Assembly (NCBI GenBank): GCA_028534125.1
Contig: CM052818.1
Location: 39,372,001-39,436,000 of the forward strand
Direction: 5' to 3'
DNA length: 64,000 nt
Origin: Lama glama
Taxonomy: Eukaryota
Made by a program: the position numbers and the translations under genes. Shown one piece after another: positions 13,056-24,310 of this stretch (its first letter is position 1; each line of letters starts with the position of its first letter). The notes beneath the pieces are model-generated. The model did not search any database. It saw nothing but the letters and a program-made list of their open reading frames with translations, and was not told where the DNA came from.

Positions 13056-13940
13056 CTTTTTTTTTCCTTTTTTTCCATTTTTAATATTGAAGTATAGTCA
13101 GTTTACAATGTTGTGTCAGTTTCTGGTGTACAGCATAATGTTTCAGTCAGATATATACATACATATATTCTTTTTCATTATAGGTTACCACAAGATATTG
13201 AATATAGTTCCCTGTGCTATACAGTATAAACTTGGCATTTATCTGTTTTATATATAATAGTATCTGTAAATCTCAATTCCAAGTTTATCCCTTCCCACTC
13301 CTTTTCCCTTTCAACTATAAGTTTGTTTTCTATGTCTGGGAGTCTGTTTCATTTGGTGTCTTTTTTTTTTTTTAAGATTCCACGTATAAGTGATATCATA
13401 TGATATTTGTCTTTCTCTTTCTGTCTTACATCACTTAGAATGATAATCTCCAGGTCCATCCATGTTGCTGCCAATGGCATGTTTTATTCTTTTTTATGGC
13501 TGAGTAATATTCCATTGTATAAATATACCACAACTTCTTTATCCAGTCATCTGTCAGTGGGCATTTAGGTTGTTTCCATGTCTTGGCTATTGTAAATAGT
13601 GCTGCTATGAACATTGAAGTGCATGTGTCTTTCTGAATCAGCATTTCCTCCAGATATATGCCCAGGAGTGGGATTGCTGGATCATATGGTAAGTTTATTT
13701 TTAGTTTTTTGAGGAATCTCTTCAAAAAAACTATGTTTTTTGTTTTTCATGCTTTCTGTAATGGCTGCACCAAACTACATTCCCACCAGCAGTGTAGGAG
13801 GGTTCCCTTTTCTCCACACCCTCTCTTAGTGTTTATCATTTGTGAACTTTTTAATGATGGCCATTCTGACTAGTGTGAGGTGATATTTCCGTGTTGTTTT
13901 GATTTGCATTTCTCTGATAATTAGTGATACTGAGTATGTT
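13056..13940 (-). mobile_element. 5'-truncated LINE-1 (artiodactyl/camelid type): ORF2 C-terminus + 3' UTR + poly(A), with target-site duplication
   Basis: The ORF at 13435-13725(-) encodes the L1 ORF2 C-terminal segment [13 protein letters not shown]...TCTSMFIAALFTIAKTWKQPKCP...[45 protein letters not shown] lies upstream in L1 sense. A poly-T tract starts at 13057. TSD AAGAAGAAAAAT is at 13044-13055 and 13941-13952. Confidence 0.95.
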
Positions 13941-14559
13941 AAGAAGAAAAATATTAGATAAAGAAGTGAGAAAAAGGCTTTTGGAGTATAGAAATGGGAC
14001 AGGGAATTCTGAGATGATGGAGAGAGAAAAAGTCTAAACAACCAGGGGAATTTTCTCAGTAAAACATGAGGGAATTGCAGGATCTTAGAGTCATAGGCAT
14101 GGCTGAAGTGGGTGTGAGTCAGAAAGTGCTTGGATCAAGCTTGGGGCAAAAGGGCCTTATTTCAAATCCATAAAATGGCCACTTTCTGAGTTGAGGAAGG
14201 CTGCAGTGGTCTGGGTGTCTGTTCTGTGACAGTTTACGTCATGGGGAGCCTGGGAGCCTGGTGTTCACATTGTGGGGATGTTGGGCAGTTAAACAGATCA
14301 TGCCTTTGCCCCACTATTTAGGCGTGTGCTCAGACTTGACAGTGGATTGGAAAGAACCAGCCTGTGAATTCATGAACATTCCTGGCTCTTTCTAAATTGT
14401 GCCCAGCTTTCCTGCAAAGGAAGTGGGTGAGCAGAAACACCTTGGATCCCGGAGCTCAAGTTTGAACCCTGCAACTTCCTCCCCCAGTGACCATGGGCAC
14501 ATCACTTCCCTTTCCTAGGCCTTCATTTTGTCATCAGTTGGTGATGATGGTCCTCCTTA

Positions 14560-14960
14560 TTCTTGGTGGGCCCCATTGTCTTGTCTGCCCATCTCTCCTT
14601 CCCCTGTTCTTCTGATAATCATTCTCCCTTCTCTACAGGGTGGCCTCTCCTCCATGTTAATTGAGTGATCTTAGTGGAGGCTGCCAGCCATACTCACTCT
14701 CCTCTCATCTCTGCCCATGATTATAGTGGGGTCAATCAATTTATCTCACCCTTCTGGCCACAGTCATTCAACAAGAGTGTGTTATAAAAGGACGTGAACA
14801 GAATTGTTCCTGAACATGTGTGAGGCACCCATTGGGGAAAATCCCTACCATGAAATAACTGAGGGAGCCTTGGGAGGGAGGGCGGTGCTGAGTCCCTGTG
14901 CAGTAGATGGAAGCTAAGAGCCATCGTACTATTGTTGATGTGACCAGATGTCTGCCATGG
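14560..14960 (+). mobile_element. Degraded ERVL-class LTR fragment (LTR16-like)
   Basis: CCCATCTCTCCTTCCCCTGTTCTTCTGATAA...TGGCCACAGTCATTCA resembles LTR16-family LTRs; recognised by eye only. Confidence 0.4.
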
Positions 14961-15119
14961 ACTGGTGAGACCTGAGATGGGTTGAGCCATCATGGGATTA
15001 TATCCATCTGACTCTTGCTTTCCAGGGCCAGAAATCACAACCCAAACTACCTTAAGCAAAAAGGAAACTTATCAGCCCACTTCTCTGAAAAGAGCAGAAG
15101 TCTTGTAACAAACACCTTA

Positions 15120-15865
15120 AGAAAAAATTTGGACTTTATTCCAAGACTGATGTGAAGACATTTAAGCAGTAGAATGACATGATCCAGTGCGTGTTTTAGA
15201 AAGATTGGGAATGGACTGGAGGGGCCACACCAGAGGCAAGAGATCAGGTAGGAGGCTGTTGCTTAGATGCAGCTGGACGATGGCAGCATGAGCTGGGGTA
15301 AGGGTAGTGTTGGTGGAGAGAGGTGGACAGATGCTGGACAGTTAGGTGGGGGCATGGACTGAGTCAGTTTCAATTTTTGTTTGGGTTAGAGATGGAGAAA
15401 AATGAATGAGTCAAAGGCGAATGCCCAATAAATAAATAAATGCAAAAGCTCAAGCCTCTCTCTCAAAAAAAGGTGAACGAATACCTGGTTGTGATTCAGG
15501 CAACTAGATAGATGCAGACACTAATCGCTGAGATAGAAAGCATCACAGCAGGGAAACGGGGACATGATGGGTATCTGGACTCTTTGGGTGGGACATCCAA
15601 GCGAAGAGTTGGATAGTTTAGCTTTATATTCTGGACAGAGATCTTGATGAGAGATTTGAGAATTATCAACAAAGAAATTAATAATTTCAGCCATGGAGTG
15701 TTACTGAGTATTTCAAGAAGAAGGGAGTGGTCAATTCTGTCAGTTGCGAATAAAGACTCTGGTAAGAATATTTTTGAGAAAGGGGTGGTGGCAGAAATTA
15801 GGTGTGGTGGGCTAAGGGTAAGGGGAATGGAAGAGTGAGGATAAGCCTCTTAAGAAGTCTATCCA
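15120..15865 (-). mobile_element. LINE-2 fragment (part 1)
   Basis: Reverse L2 motifs TGGACTTTATTCC...TTTAAGCAG.AGAATGACATGATCCAG...TTTTAGAAAGAT...GAGATCAGGTAGGAGGCTGTTGC. Confidence 0.75.
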
Positions 15866-15869
15866 TGAG

Positions 15870-16878
15870 CATCCCTATCACCAAGATCATGATCTTGAAA
15901 AACCATTTTCTATTAAAACAAATCAAGGCTTTTAGGATAAATGGCTAATTCTGGGTCTGGGAAGAAAATATAAAAGGTGAGCCTGGAACATCTTGTCATA
16001 CCAGATAGCAAGGGTGCTATCAGTGACTGCTAGGGCTGTGTCAAAGGCACCCAGGGGCCAATCTGAAGAGGCTCCTACTGGTAAAACATAGGAATCCATG
16101 ACTTCGTAATAATGCTTAAAAGAAACCCCCAAACTACTTGTCACCTTGGGAGGATGTTAGGGAACACATTTATTATCTTAAGAACTGGGTAAAGATAAGG
16201 AAAGAATCAAACATTTATCCTGTCTTTTCCCTCTTAACTATACCACCATGTAACCAAGCTATAAGAGAGGAGATACATCTTTTACAGAATTCCAGCTACA
16301 AAAGGAAATGATAGAATTAGGGTCTAGACCATGAGCATCAATGACTGCTAACATTTAAAAAGAAAGACAACCAGACACTAAACACTTCCTGATGAAAGAA
16401 ACGCCACCACCTATAGTCTTGAAATAAGGGTCAGGCCTGAGCCTGATTGAGCCTCCAGATCCAGGGGCCAATGTACAGGAAAACAGAAGACAGGAATGTG
16501 CTGAACTTCACCTAGAGTATGCAATCAGCAAAATCCAGACTGGGAAACGCTGCAGGTCAAATGACCAAAGAAAAAGGGATCAAGGAGAAACATGTAGATA
16601 GATAATAGGTACTTAAAAGATATATCACAACTAAACTACAGTGTCTAGGGACACAACTTTGGTGATACAACTCTAAAAACACACAATAAAGTGATTACTT
16701 TTTGGGAAAGTGGAAATACGACGGAGATGGAGCAACCGCATGGCTTCTGGGGTGGCTAGAAAAATACCATTTCTTGAACATCTTGACAAAATTATTTACT
16801 TTGTAATAATTCATTACATTATGTTTGTACATTGATTTTCCACATCTGTGTTTTATTTTTCAACAAAAAGGTTAAACC
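15870..16878 (+). mobile_element. Ancient L1 3' end (L1MC4-like) nested in L2
   Basis: GAGCCTGGAACATCTTGTCATACCAGATAGCAAG...CAATCTGAAGAGGCTCCTACTGG and GAGTATGCAATCAGCAAAATCCAGACTGGGAAA match L1MC-type 3' UTRs. It ends in an A-rich terminus near 16876. Confidence 0.75.
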
Positions 16879-16879
16879 T

Positions 16880-18200
16880 GTCTGACTATGACTGGGGAAA
16901 AGAATGAGAAGGGTTGGGGTGGTACCTGGGGCTGAGGAAAGTTATTTTATCTTTGTGTAAAGTCAGGCACATTTGAGCATGTTTAAGTACCGATGCTAAA
17001 GAATCAATAGCAAGACAGAGGAGTTGGAGACAAGAGAGGGAGTAGATAATAACAAGACTTCTAAGGAAGAAGGAGACAGGAGGAAGAATAAGTGGGAGCC
17101 TTAGCCTTGGGCAAGAAGGAAATCTCCCATTTGCGTGAGCGGGAGAAGGGAAGGAGGCAGAGGGGACAGTTGGTGGCAAGCATCTGGCAAAATTCCTGTC
17201 CAGTGAGGGCATGAGGTCATCTCCCTGGAGCAAGAGGTGAAAGAGCATCGGGGCAGAGTCGGAGGTTTGAGAGTGGAGAAGATTTGAGCCAGCTCTCTGG
17301 GAAAATGAGAACAGTATTGGGTTAGTTGGTGGCCAGACACTTACAGTGACTCCAAACCTAGGGTTGAGTTAATTTCTTCTGTAGGGTTCAGCTGCCCAGA
17401 GTTAGGCTCAGGAAATTAATCAGTCAAAAAGGATCCAAGGTTGCAGTTTTGTTGGGTGAATGTGGTGAAACATCAAAGATACAAGGGTTTGATTTGAGGA
17501 TATTGGCAAGAGCGGGATTTTGGTATTAAACTATGAAATTTCAGGTGATCAGGGAAGGAAGTGAAGAGTAGAAGGAAGAGAGAGAGAGGGGGAAAGTCAA
17601 AGAAATGAGGGCAGAAGTTATCTACATGGCTGAAGAATGCATACAGTAGGAGGAGCATGTTGGTATAACAGTAGTGCATACAAATGAATGAGCTGAAAGA
17701 ATTCAAGATTGTGGTCAGAAGTCAGGGTGACTGAATTCAAGATTTCAGAGTTGAAGGAGTATGGATGAAGACAAGTTCTACAGTGTAATAACAGGAATGA
17801 TGATTAAGGTGGAGTGGAGGTACAGGTCACTGTTGATTGGAAGGTCAAGGAAGTTAGAAACCCAGGTGCTGGGTGCAGATGTTGAGGTCACCTAGGGACT
17901 TTGGTTGGTGGAGATAATTATTCACCTGATGCTGAAGTTTTTGATGAATGAACAGTGGTAGGGAGTGGTAGTGAGTATATTGCTTGAAGGCATAAGCCTT
18001 CAAAGAGCTGGGATTTGCAGAGTGAAGAAACATTGCTTTGCAAGAGCTGGAGATCAAGGAAGATGTCAGCTTCACCTCTTGATCTTGAAGATAAGCAGCA
18101 TCCTCTGGAGGATGCAGCAGGGGAAGTACAGTTCTTAGGGATGGAGAACCATGTGCCCCACGACAGTTCTCAGATGACCACAGCCTTGGGATTAGACACA
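16880..18200 (-). mobile_element. LINE-2 fragment (part 2, body)
   Basis: Purine-rich reverse-strand L2 body (TTGAGCATGTTTAAGT..GATG.TAAAGAATCAATAG, GAGGTCATCTCCCTGGAG) continuing the L2 interrupted at ~15865. Confidence 0.6.
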
Positions 18201-19099
18201 TTGAATAATAAGTCTAGCCAAGTGTGGTCAGCCCTTTGAACATCTGCCATGAATACACTGTTCCCTGCACCTGCGTGGTATCTTCTCTGTGCTCTTGCCA
18301 GTGGCCAGGCCCCCCAGAAGTCCCTGTACAATGTTCCTACATGTTTGATGTCCCTGAAAGAAGAGGGAACACATAATCATGATTTTAAAATAAACAGCAG
18401 AAGACAAGAGTATTTCAGCTCTTGGCTCTCCCCTGTGCTGGTGAAGTCATCTCTTTGAGCAGACTCTTGCCACGGTGCACTTGGAGGCCTTTGAGGTTTG
18501 GCAACAACTGGGCTTTGTCGACAGAAGGCTGGGCCTGTCCACAGATGACAACCTCCATTGCAACCACAGTCGTGACAAGGAGGCTGGGGCAAGACCTTGA
18601 GCTGCAGAGCTCCGCTGTGGGCTTTCCCCTTGCAGATCTGACTCTCTGTCTTCCTGTCTTTTCTCTCTTTGGGGGATGGGACAGAGCAACTCCACTATCA
18701 ACCAGAGAGGCACTTCAATGGATTTGCCATCCAACATGGGCCAAACATGCTGAGTGTTTGGTGGTTCCTAAGGATTATTCAAACATATACACAAAGGCAA
18801 AGGGCTGGGTTCCAGTGCCAAGACTAAACTTTTGAATGTACATCACCCTTAAAAAGCAGGAGCCTTGGAAGGGGGCGATCATGCAGATGGCTCCCACTGT
18901 GCCTCAGTGAGAGCTTTGGGAGTCAAGGGGAAGAGATTGGGAAGGGAAAAGTATAGAGGCAAAGGCACAGTGTCACATAAGATATGTAATCAGTGTCTTA
19001 TTGTCCCCAGAGCTTAGATCATTGCTCCTGGAGGGAAGGTTGCATTATCTGTGGGCTATTTAGGAGTATATGGATATCAGAATCACAATCACAAAATGT

Positions 19100-19830
19100 A
19101 ACATGTATCTTTTATTTAACAAAACTAAAAAGCATCTGCCTTGTGAAAATCAGATTAGGATTTAAAGCCAGATGACAAACCGGGAAAGATGTTTGCAGCA
19201 TTTCCAGTAGGGTTAATAAGCCCGATGTTTACAACACACTTAAAAAGCAAAAGAAGAAAGAAAAACAACCCACATAGACAAATGGGCAAATAGACTGAAT
19301 AGGCAATTTACAAAAAGAAGAAATAAAGTGGTCAACATATAAAAAGATGTTCAAACTTGTTAATGATGAAAAAATCCTAATTCATAATTGAGATATCATG
19401 TTTTGCCTATTAGTGAAGGTAAATAAATTGGGTGAAAAATAGTAAGTTTTAGTTAAAGTTTTGAGAAATGTTTCATTCAGAAGAGTATAAATTAGTACAA
19501 CCTGTTTGTAAGGCAGCTTGACAAGTTTCAGAACATAAAATGCCCATATCCTTTGATCCAGCAATCCTACTTTGAAAAATTTACCATAAGAAGGAGCTGT
19601 TCACATGGGAAAAGTTGCATTAGGATGCACTGGTATATTCATTAATTTCTGATTAATGGAAAACTGGAAAAACCTCTAATGTCCATTATTAAGGGGCCAC
19701 TTAACTGAAGTATGGGTCATACTACAGACGAAAACTATGTGGTCTTTATAAAATGATAAAGTACCTTCAAATCAGTTGGAAAAAAAGATATTCATGATAC
19801 ACTTTTGAGTGAAAAAAATAAAACAAGCCA
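19100..19830 (+). mobile_element. Ancient L1ME-type fragment (ORF2 end / 3' region)
   Basis: AACAACCCACATAGACAAATGGGCAAATAGACTGAATAGGCAATTTACAAAAGAAGAAATA; TCCTTTGATCCAGCAATCCTACTTT. Confidence 0.8.
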
Positions 19831-20289
19831 AACCACCTCAATTATGTAACCACTCTTCTAGGTGGAACTTACTCCTATGTGGGCACTTCCGTTGACTGAC
19901 AAAACCATCCCAGGATGCTGTGGTCCAGAGAGCAGCCAGTTAGAGGCATTTTTTAGGAAAAGTGGTGTCTCTAAAGTAGGTTCTCAGAGATCCAGGGACA
20001 AAGGGGATGCTGGGCGGTGCTGGGCTTTGATGTACCTGTGGAAAGTGAAGTCCTGAGAGGGGTGAGTGGGGTGAGGAAACGCTGGCCCTTGACCTAGTTC
20101 ATTCATTGTGGGAGCAAGTACCAAGTGTGTCTCCTATGTTTTAGCCCTGTGGTTTTGGAAATACAGTGGTTTTAGGGGACCTTATAATATGTGTTTGCAC
20201 AGTTTGTCTTTTTCTTTTCTTTTAATTTCAACTATTTACAAATAAGTTGTTTTAAATTTATCTCCTGAAGATAGCACATCACTGAGACT

Positions 20290-20660
20290 TAAAAAATCCA
20301 CTCTGTCTGGACCTTTAAATTGTAGTGTTTAATACACTGGTGTTCAGAGTAATTATTGATATAGTTGGATTCAGGTATGTCATTTTGCCATTTGTTTTGT
20401 ATTCGTCACATCTGTTTTAAATTCCACTTTTCTTCTATTTTTTCCTTGTTTTGGGTTAATTGAATATACGTTAGTGTTCCATTTTGATTTCCTATTGAAA
20501 TCTTAGCTATTATTGTAACACTTTGCATTATTATTTTAGTGGTTTCTCTAGGGAACACAATATACATCTTTAGCTTATTGCTTTATAATTAGAGTTAATA
20601 ATGTATGACTTCATAGAAAACGTAGGCCCCTTGCTGTAGCAAACTTGTATTTATCTAGCT
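20290..20660 (-). mobile_element. Ancient L1 fragment
   Basis: T-rich GTAATTATTGATATAGTTGGATTCAGGT..CATTTTGCCATTTGTTTT, typical of reverse L1M. Confidence 0.6.
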
Positions 20661-21049
20661 CCCTTTTCAGACAGAACATAAGCAACATCCACCTTTTAAG
20701 GGCAGCGTGCCGGATACCCTTGCTTCCTGATAAATAACACAGCATGATGGGGCTCCAGGTCTTGAGTAGTGATGGGAGAAATTCATCTGGTATACCATCC
20801 AGTTATGCTATGGCAAGTACCTCCACCTGCAAGATGTGCAGAAAGACAGCCAGGCCACAGATCAGTGGGGCCACTGGAAAATGGGGGAAATTATATGTTA
20901 AATTATATGAAGCATTTGTGGAAGATAGAGGCTGCAAAGTCTGCTGTAGAATGAATAAAGAGAAATCTGGATACTCTTTCTAGAAAGGTTTTGTCATTTA
21001 TTTTTGGTTTCAATGATTAACTACTCTGTTGGTTTGGTAATGCTTAAGA

Positions 21050-23170
21050 AAACTTTTTTTGGTAACATACTCTCTGTAGCACTGAGTTCAAAAGCTCTAA
21101 ATACATATTTAATACAAAATTAAGTATGATTATTTTTCTTTCAGGAAAGTTAATGATTAATGAGTAACTTGCAAAAAGTGTTTGTTGATACCACAGGGGT
21201 AATTACACGACTAGCTCCATGGAAACTAGAAGACACAAATGTGCCCGTTGAAGAGGTATCAGCCTCAAAAGTTTGTAGTTAAGTCTGTGCCCAAAGGTAA
21301 TGATGATTAATAACTACAAAAGGTGTGTTTACATGTCATTTTATGACTCATTTAGACCAAATGACTGTTCTACTAAGTTAATTCCACTCATTCTCAACTC
21401 CAAGTTTTCCTGGGCATGGATGGAAAGTGAAGTGATGGTAGTGGATGTGTTGGCTCTATCAGCAGAAGATTAACTTCTCCAAGAGTTGTATGAAGCCAGC
21501 ATTGTATCAATGTTGCCAGATGCTTCAAACAGAATGCTCACTAAGTTAATTTTAATACTAGTTCAATTTTTCACCCAATTTATGGAATCAAAGTAAAGAT
21601 TTTAGAAGTTAATTCTGTCAAAGATGAAATAGCTGAAATGAATCCAATTGAATTTGTCAAGAAGTTGAACGCTGAATTTTTTTTTTTGCACTGATAATAA
21701 AAATACAAATTTTGGTGGAATTGAGTGTTGTAGAAACAAATAATATTCTTACTAAACTAAGACATTTATAGACCAGGAATGTTCTTGGAGTGCTTGGCTG
21801 TACACATAATTATTAATTGCGTTGCTCTATCAACTGAATCACAAGCTGCAGTTGTAAAAAGTGAAATAATTTTATACACGCTTAGAAAAACTGAACTACA
21901 AGCATTTCGTGACAAAACTGATTTTGAGTACAAAATACTTCATCATGGCGATATAGACTTTCTCCTTTTGCTGCCTATCATTAATCAGATTTTAGGAATC
22001 TTTGAACTTTTAAAGAACTATGTTGTGAACCAAGTTAAAGGTCCTAAAATGTTGTTCAGGTTTTGTGTAAACAAACTCTCTAAGTTTTGGTTCATTTTGT
22101 TCAACACCAGCTGGAAATATTTAATCAAAATTAAACGAAGGGTTCACCCTACAACATCAGGTTTTCAATCTTTCAGTGAATTGCAGTGATTGAAAACAAA
22201 ACCTGCATGCTTTATCGCTACCAAAGCAAGAGAGACATTTCTAGGAAAGCAAAGGAGGAGATGAAAAAAATGAAACAATGAGCGCTTAAATGATGTGCAG
22301 CAGTTAATATGCAAATTTTATAAGAGGGTCTGGGATATCTTGGTTTAGGAAAGAGTCTTGTGATGGTGCTCATATGGTAATGAAGTGAATTTATATTCTG
22401 CTCTGCAATGGAACGAAATTGAGCAGACCTATGATTTTGCAGCATCTAAGTGGTGAGCCATTCAAAAGAATCATAAATAGAGACAACTTATTTGACATGT
22501 TTTGTCAAGGAAAACTACTCTGAGGCAAAAGGAAAGCATCTGTGAAATTATTTGAAGTGAAATATTTACTCTTTTCAATGTGAAAAATAATTGAAATTGA
22601 CAATAGCTTCTATTTAGCCAAATTTTCTCCAAGCTCACCAGATATCTCAGCACCAGGAGGCAGAACGTTGTCTCAATTAAAAAATTGTGGTCTACACAGA
22701 AGGGTCAATTGAAAGAGTCAGTAACCTCAAATTTATTACTCATATCATGCAACGCTGAAGAAAACTGCAAGCAATTTTATGGAAAAAATCTAAAATGATA
22801 AGATCATATTGAAAAATTACGTTCTTCAGAAAAATTCAGTAATACAATATTAAAGAGTGATATGTCTAAGAAACTGATTAAATTGTGTGAATATGGATCA
22901 AGAATAAATTATTTTGCTGATGTTATTTTTTAAAGTTCAGGTTATCAACATAAAGAAGATTTTTAAAATTTGATGTATACAGCTATAAATATATATATTA
23001 TAGTTTTGGAAAACATTTTATTTTTGAGATGAGTTTTTTTGTGTAGAACAATTTTGTGGTCCACCAATCAAACCAGATCAATTTGCTAATACATAAATAT
23101 TGAAAAATTGCATAACTTTTATTATTTTTAGTTTTTTCTGTCACTCTCAAATTTGTCTCAATTTGGACAG
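21050..23170 (+). mobile_element. Fossil hAT DNA transposon (Blackjack-like) with decayed transposase
   Basis: Reading across stops and frameshifts gives FRPNDCSTKLI..SKFS.., DASN (21519), GIKVKILEV, FCTDNKNTNFGG (21693), the C..AVHII region, TELQAF..EYKILHHG..FLLLLPII..ILGIFELLKNY (ORF 21779-22189) and a hATC-like SPDISAPGGRTLSQLK/LWS..KGQLK..NLL..CN.EENCKQFY. A subterminal-like TTTGTCTCAATTTGGAC lies at ~23152-23168. Confidence 0.8.
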
Positions 23171-23171
23171 C

Positions 23172-23612
23172 ACATTGCTATTACATTTGCCATTAGCACA
23201 AGTCACAAATATTCTGATTTTCCACCTTTTAGGCTGATGGTTGTTTTGTGTGTCCCTGCTCTTTTTGTAATTAGTCATGACTGTGTGACTTATTTTGGCC
23301 AATGAAATGTGAGCAGAAGTGGTGCGTGATGTTGCTAAGACCCAGTCCATGATTTATCTTCTTTCTCCTGCTGCCATTGTCATGGCAGCTCATGCCAAGG
23401 AGGAGCTTCTGTCAGCTCCTGTCAGGTTGCAGCTCTGAATGATGAAGGCCTGGAGCACAGCTCGTAGTGATGCTGGGTGAGAAATAAATGATGAAGTGTG
23501 AGGAATAAACACACACACACATTTGTGTGCATAGATCTTTGTGGTGTTAAGCCACTGATATTTTGGGGTTATTTATTATTGTGGCAAAACTTAACCTACC
23601 TTAATTGCTAAA
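23172..23612 (+). mobile_element. MaLR solo LTR (MLT1J/K-like)
   Basis: GTGACTTATTTTGGCCAATGAAATGTGAGCAGAAGTGG...TGTGGTGTTAAGCCACTGATATTTTGGGGTT...AACCTACCTTAATT. Confidence 0.8.
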
Positions 23613-23639
23613 GCTATGAAATAAATTAATCTATTGCTC

Positions 23640-24310
23640 AATTAATTTATACCTCCATTTGTTCTAAAAGGACTTAGGGCAGTTTATAAAGAGCAGGATA
23701 ACATAAAAAGGTAGGGATTGAGTAAAGGGAAAATAGGGCTATAAAAATAAAGGCAGAGGGAAATCAGTCCTCAAAATACATTCCTGTGTATTTCCTACTG
23801 GTGAGTGGACATGTAGTCTGTGATCGTATCAGCCAGGGTAAATAGGGAAATCTGACCAGTAACAGCATGCATAATATAGCCACAAACAGTGTTTACAGCG
23901 TTTGACATATATCTGTATTATATGATGTTATATATATAACAGTACCTATAAGATGCTTGGGAAAAACTTTACATAGAAATGGGACAGTCTATCAAATATT
24001 AGACAACTTTCCACCCGTAAATAAGAGTGTTTCCCACAGCTCTTTTTAATCTCGGTCTCAGTGCAAGCAGAGGACGTAATGACAGTGCTTCAATTCAGGA
24101 AAACAATAGGAGTTGATGGGAAACGTGATGGTCAAGAAAGCAGCCTGGATAAGTAGCTCTTGATTACCTGGCCTAGTCCAGCCTGAGCTTTGCAGAATCT
24201 CCAGCATGAGTGCATGTCCTTGGTCAGTCCTTCGAGAAGTATTTCTCTTTTCTTGAGGGCTCTTTGTATAAAAAATCGTATAGGAGGGATATTATTCTAT
24301 TTTCTGGCAG
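23640..24310 (-). mobile_element. Very old LINE 3' end (L4/RTE-X-like)
   Basis: TTTATACCTCCATTTGTTCTAAAAGGACTTAGGGCAGTTTA resembles the reverse complement of the L4 3' terminus; family assignment from memory. Confidence 0.45.

Noticed and set aside
21779..22189. 136-aa ORF as a host or domesticated ZBED-like gene
   Set aside because: It is a remnant of a transposase with stops and frameshifts on both sides and no intact catalytic Glu.
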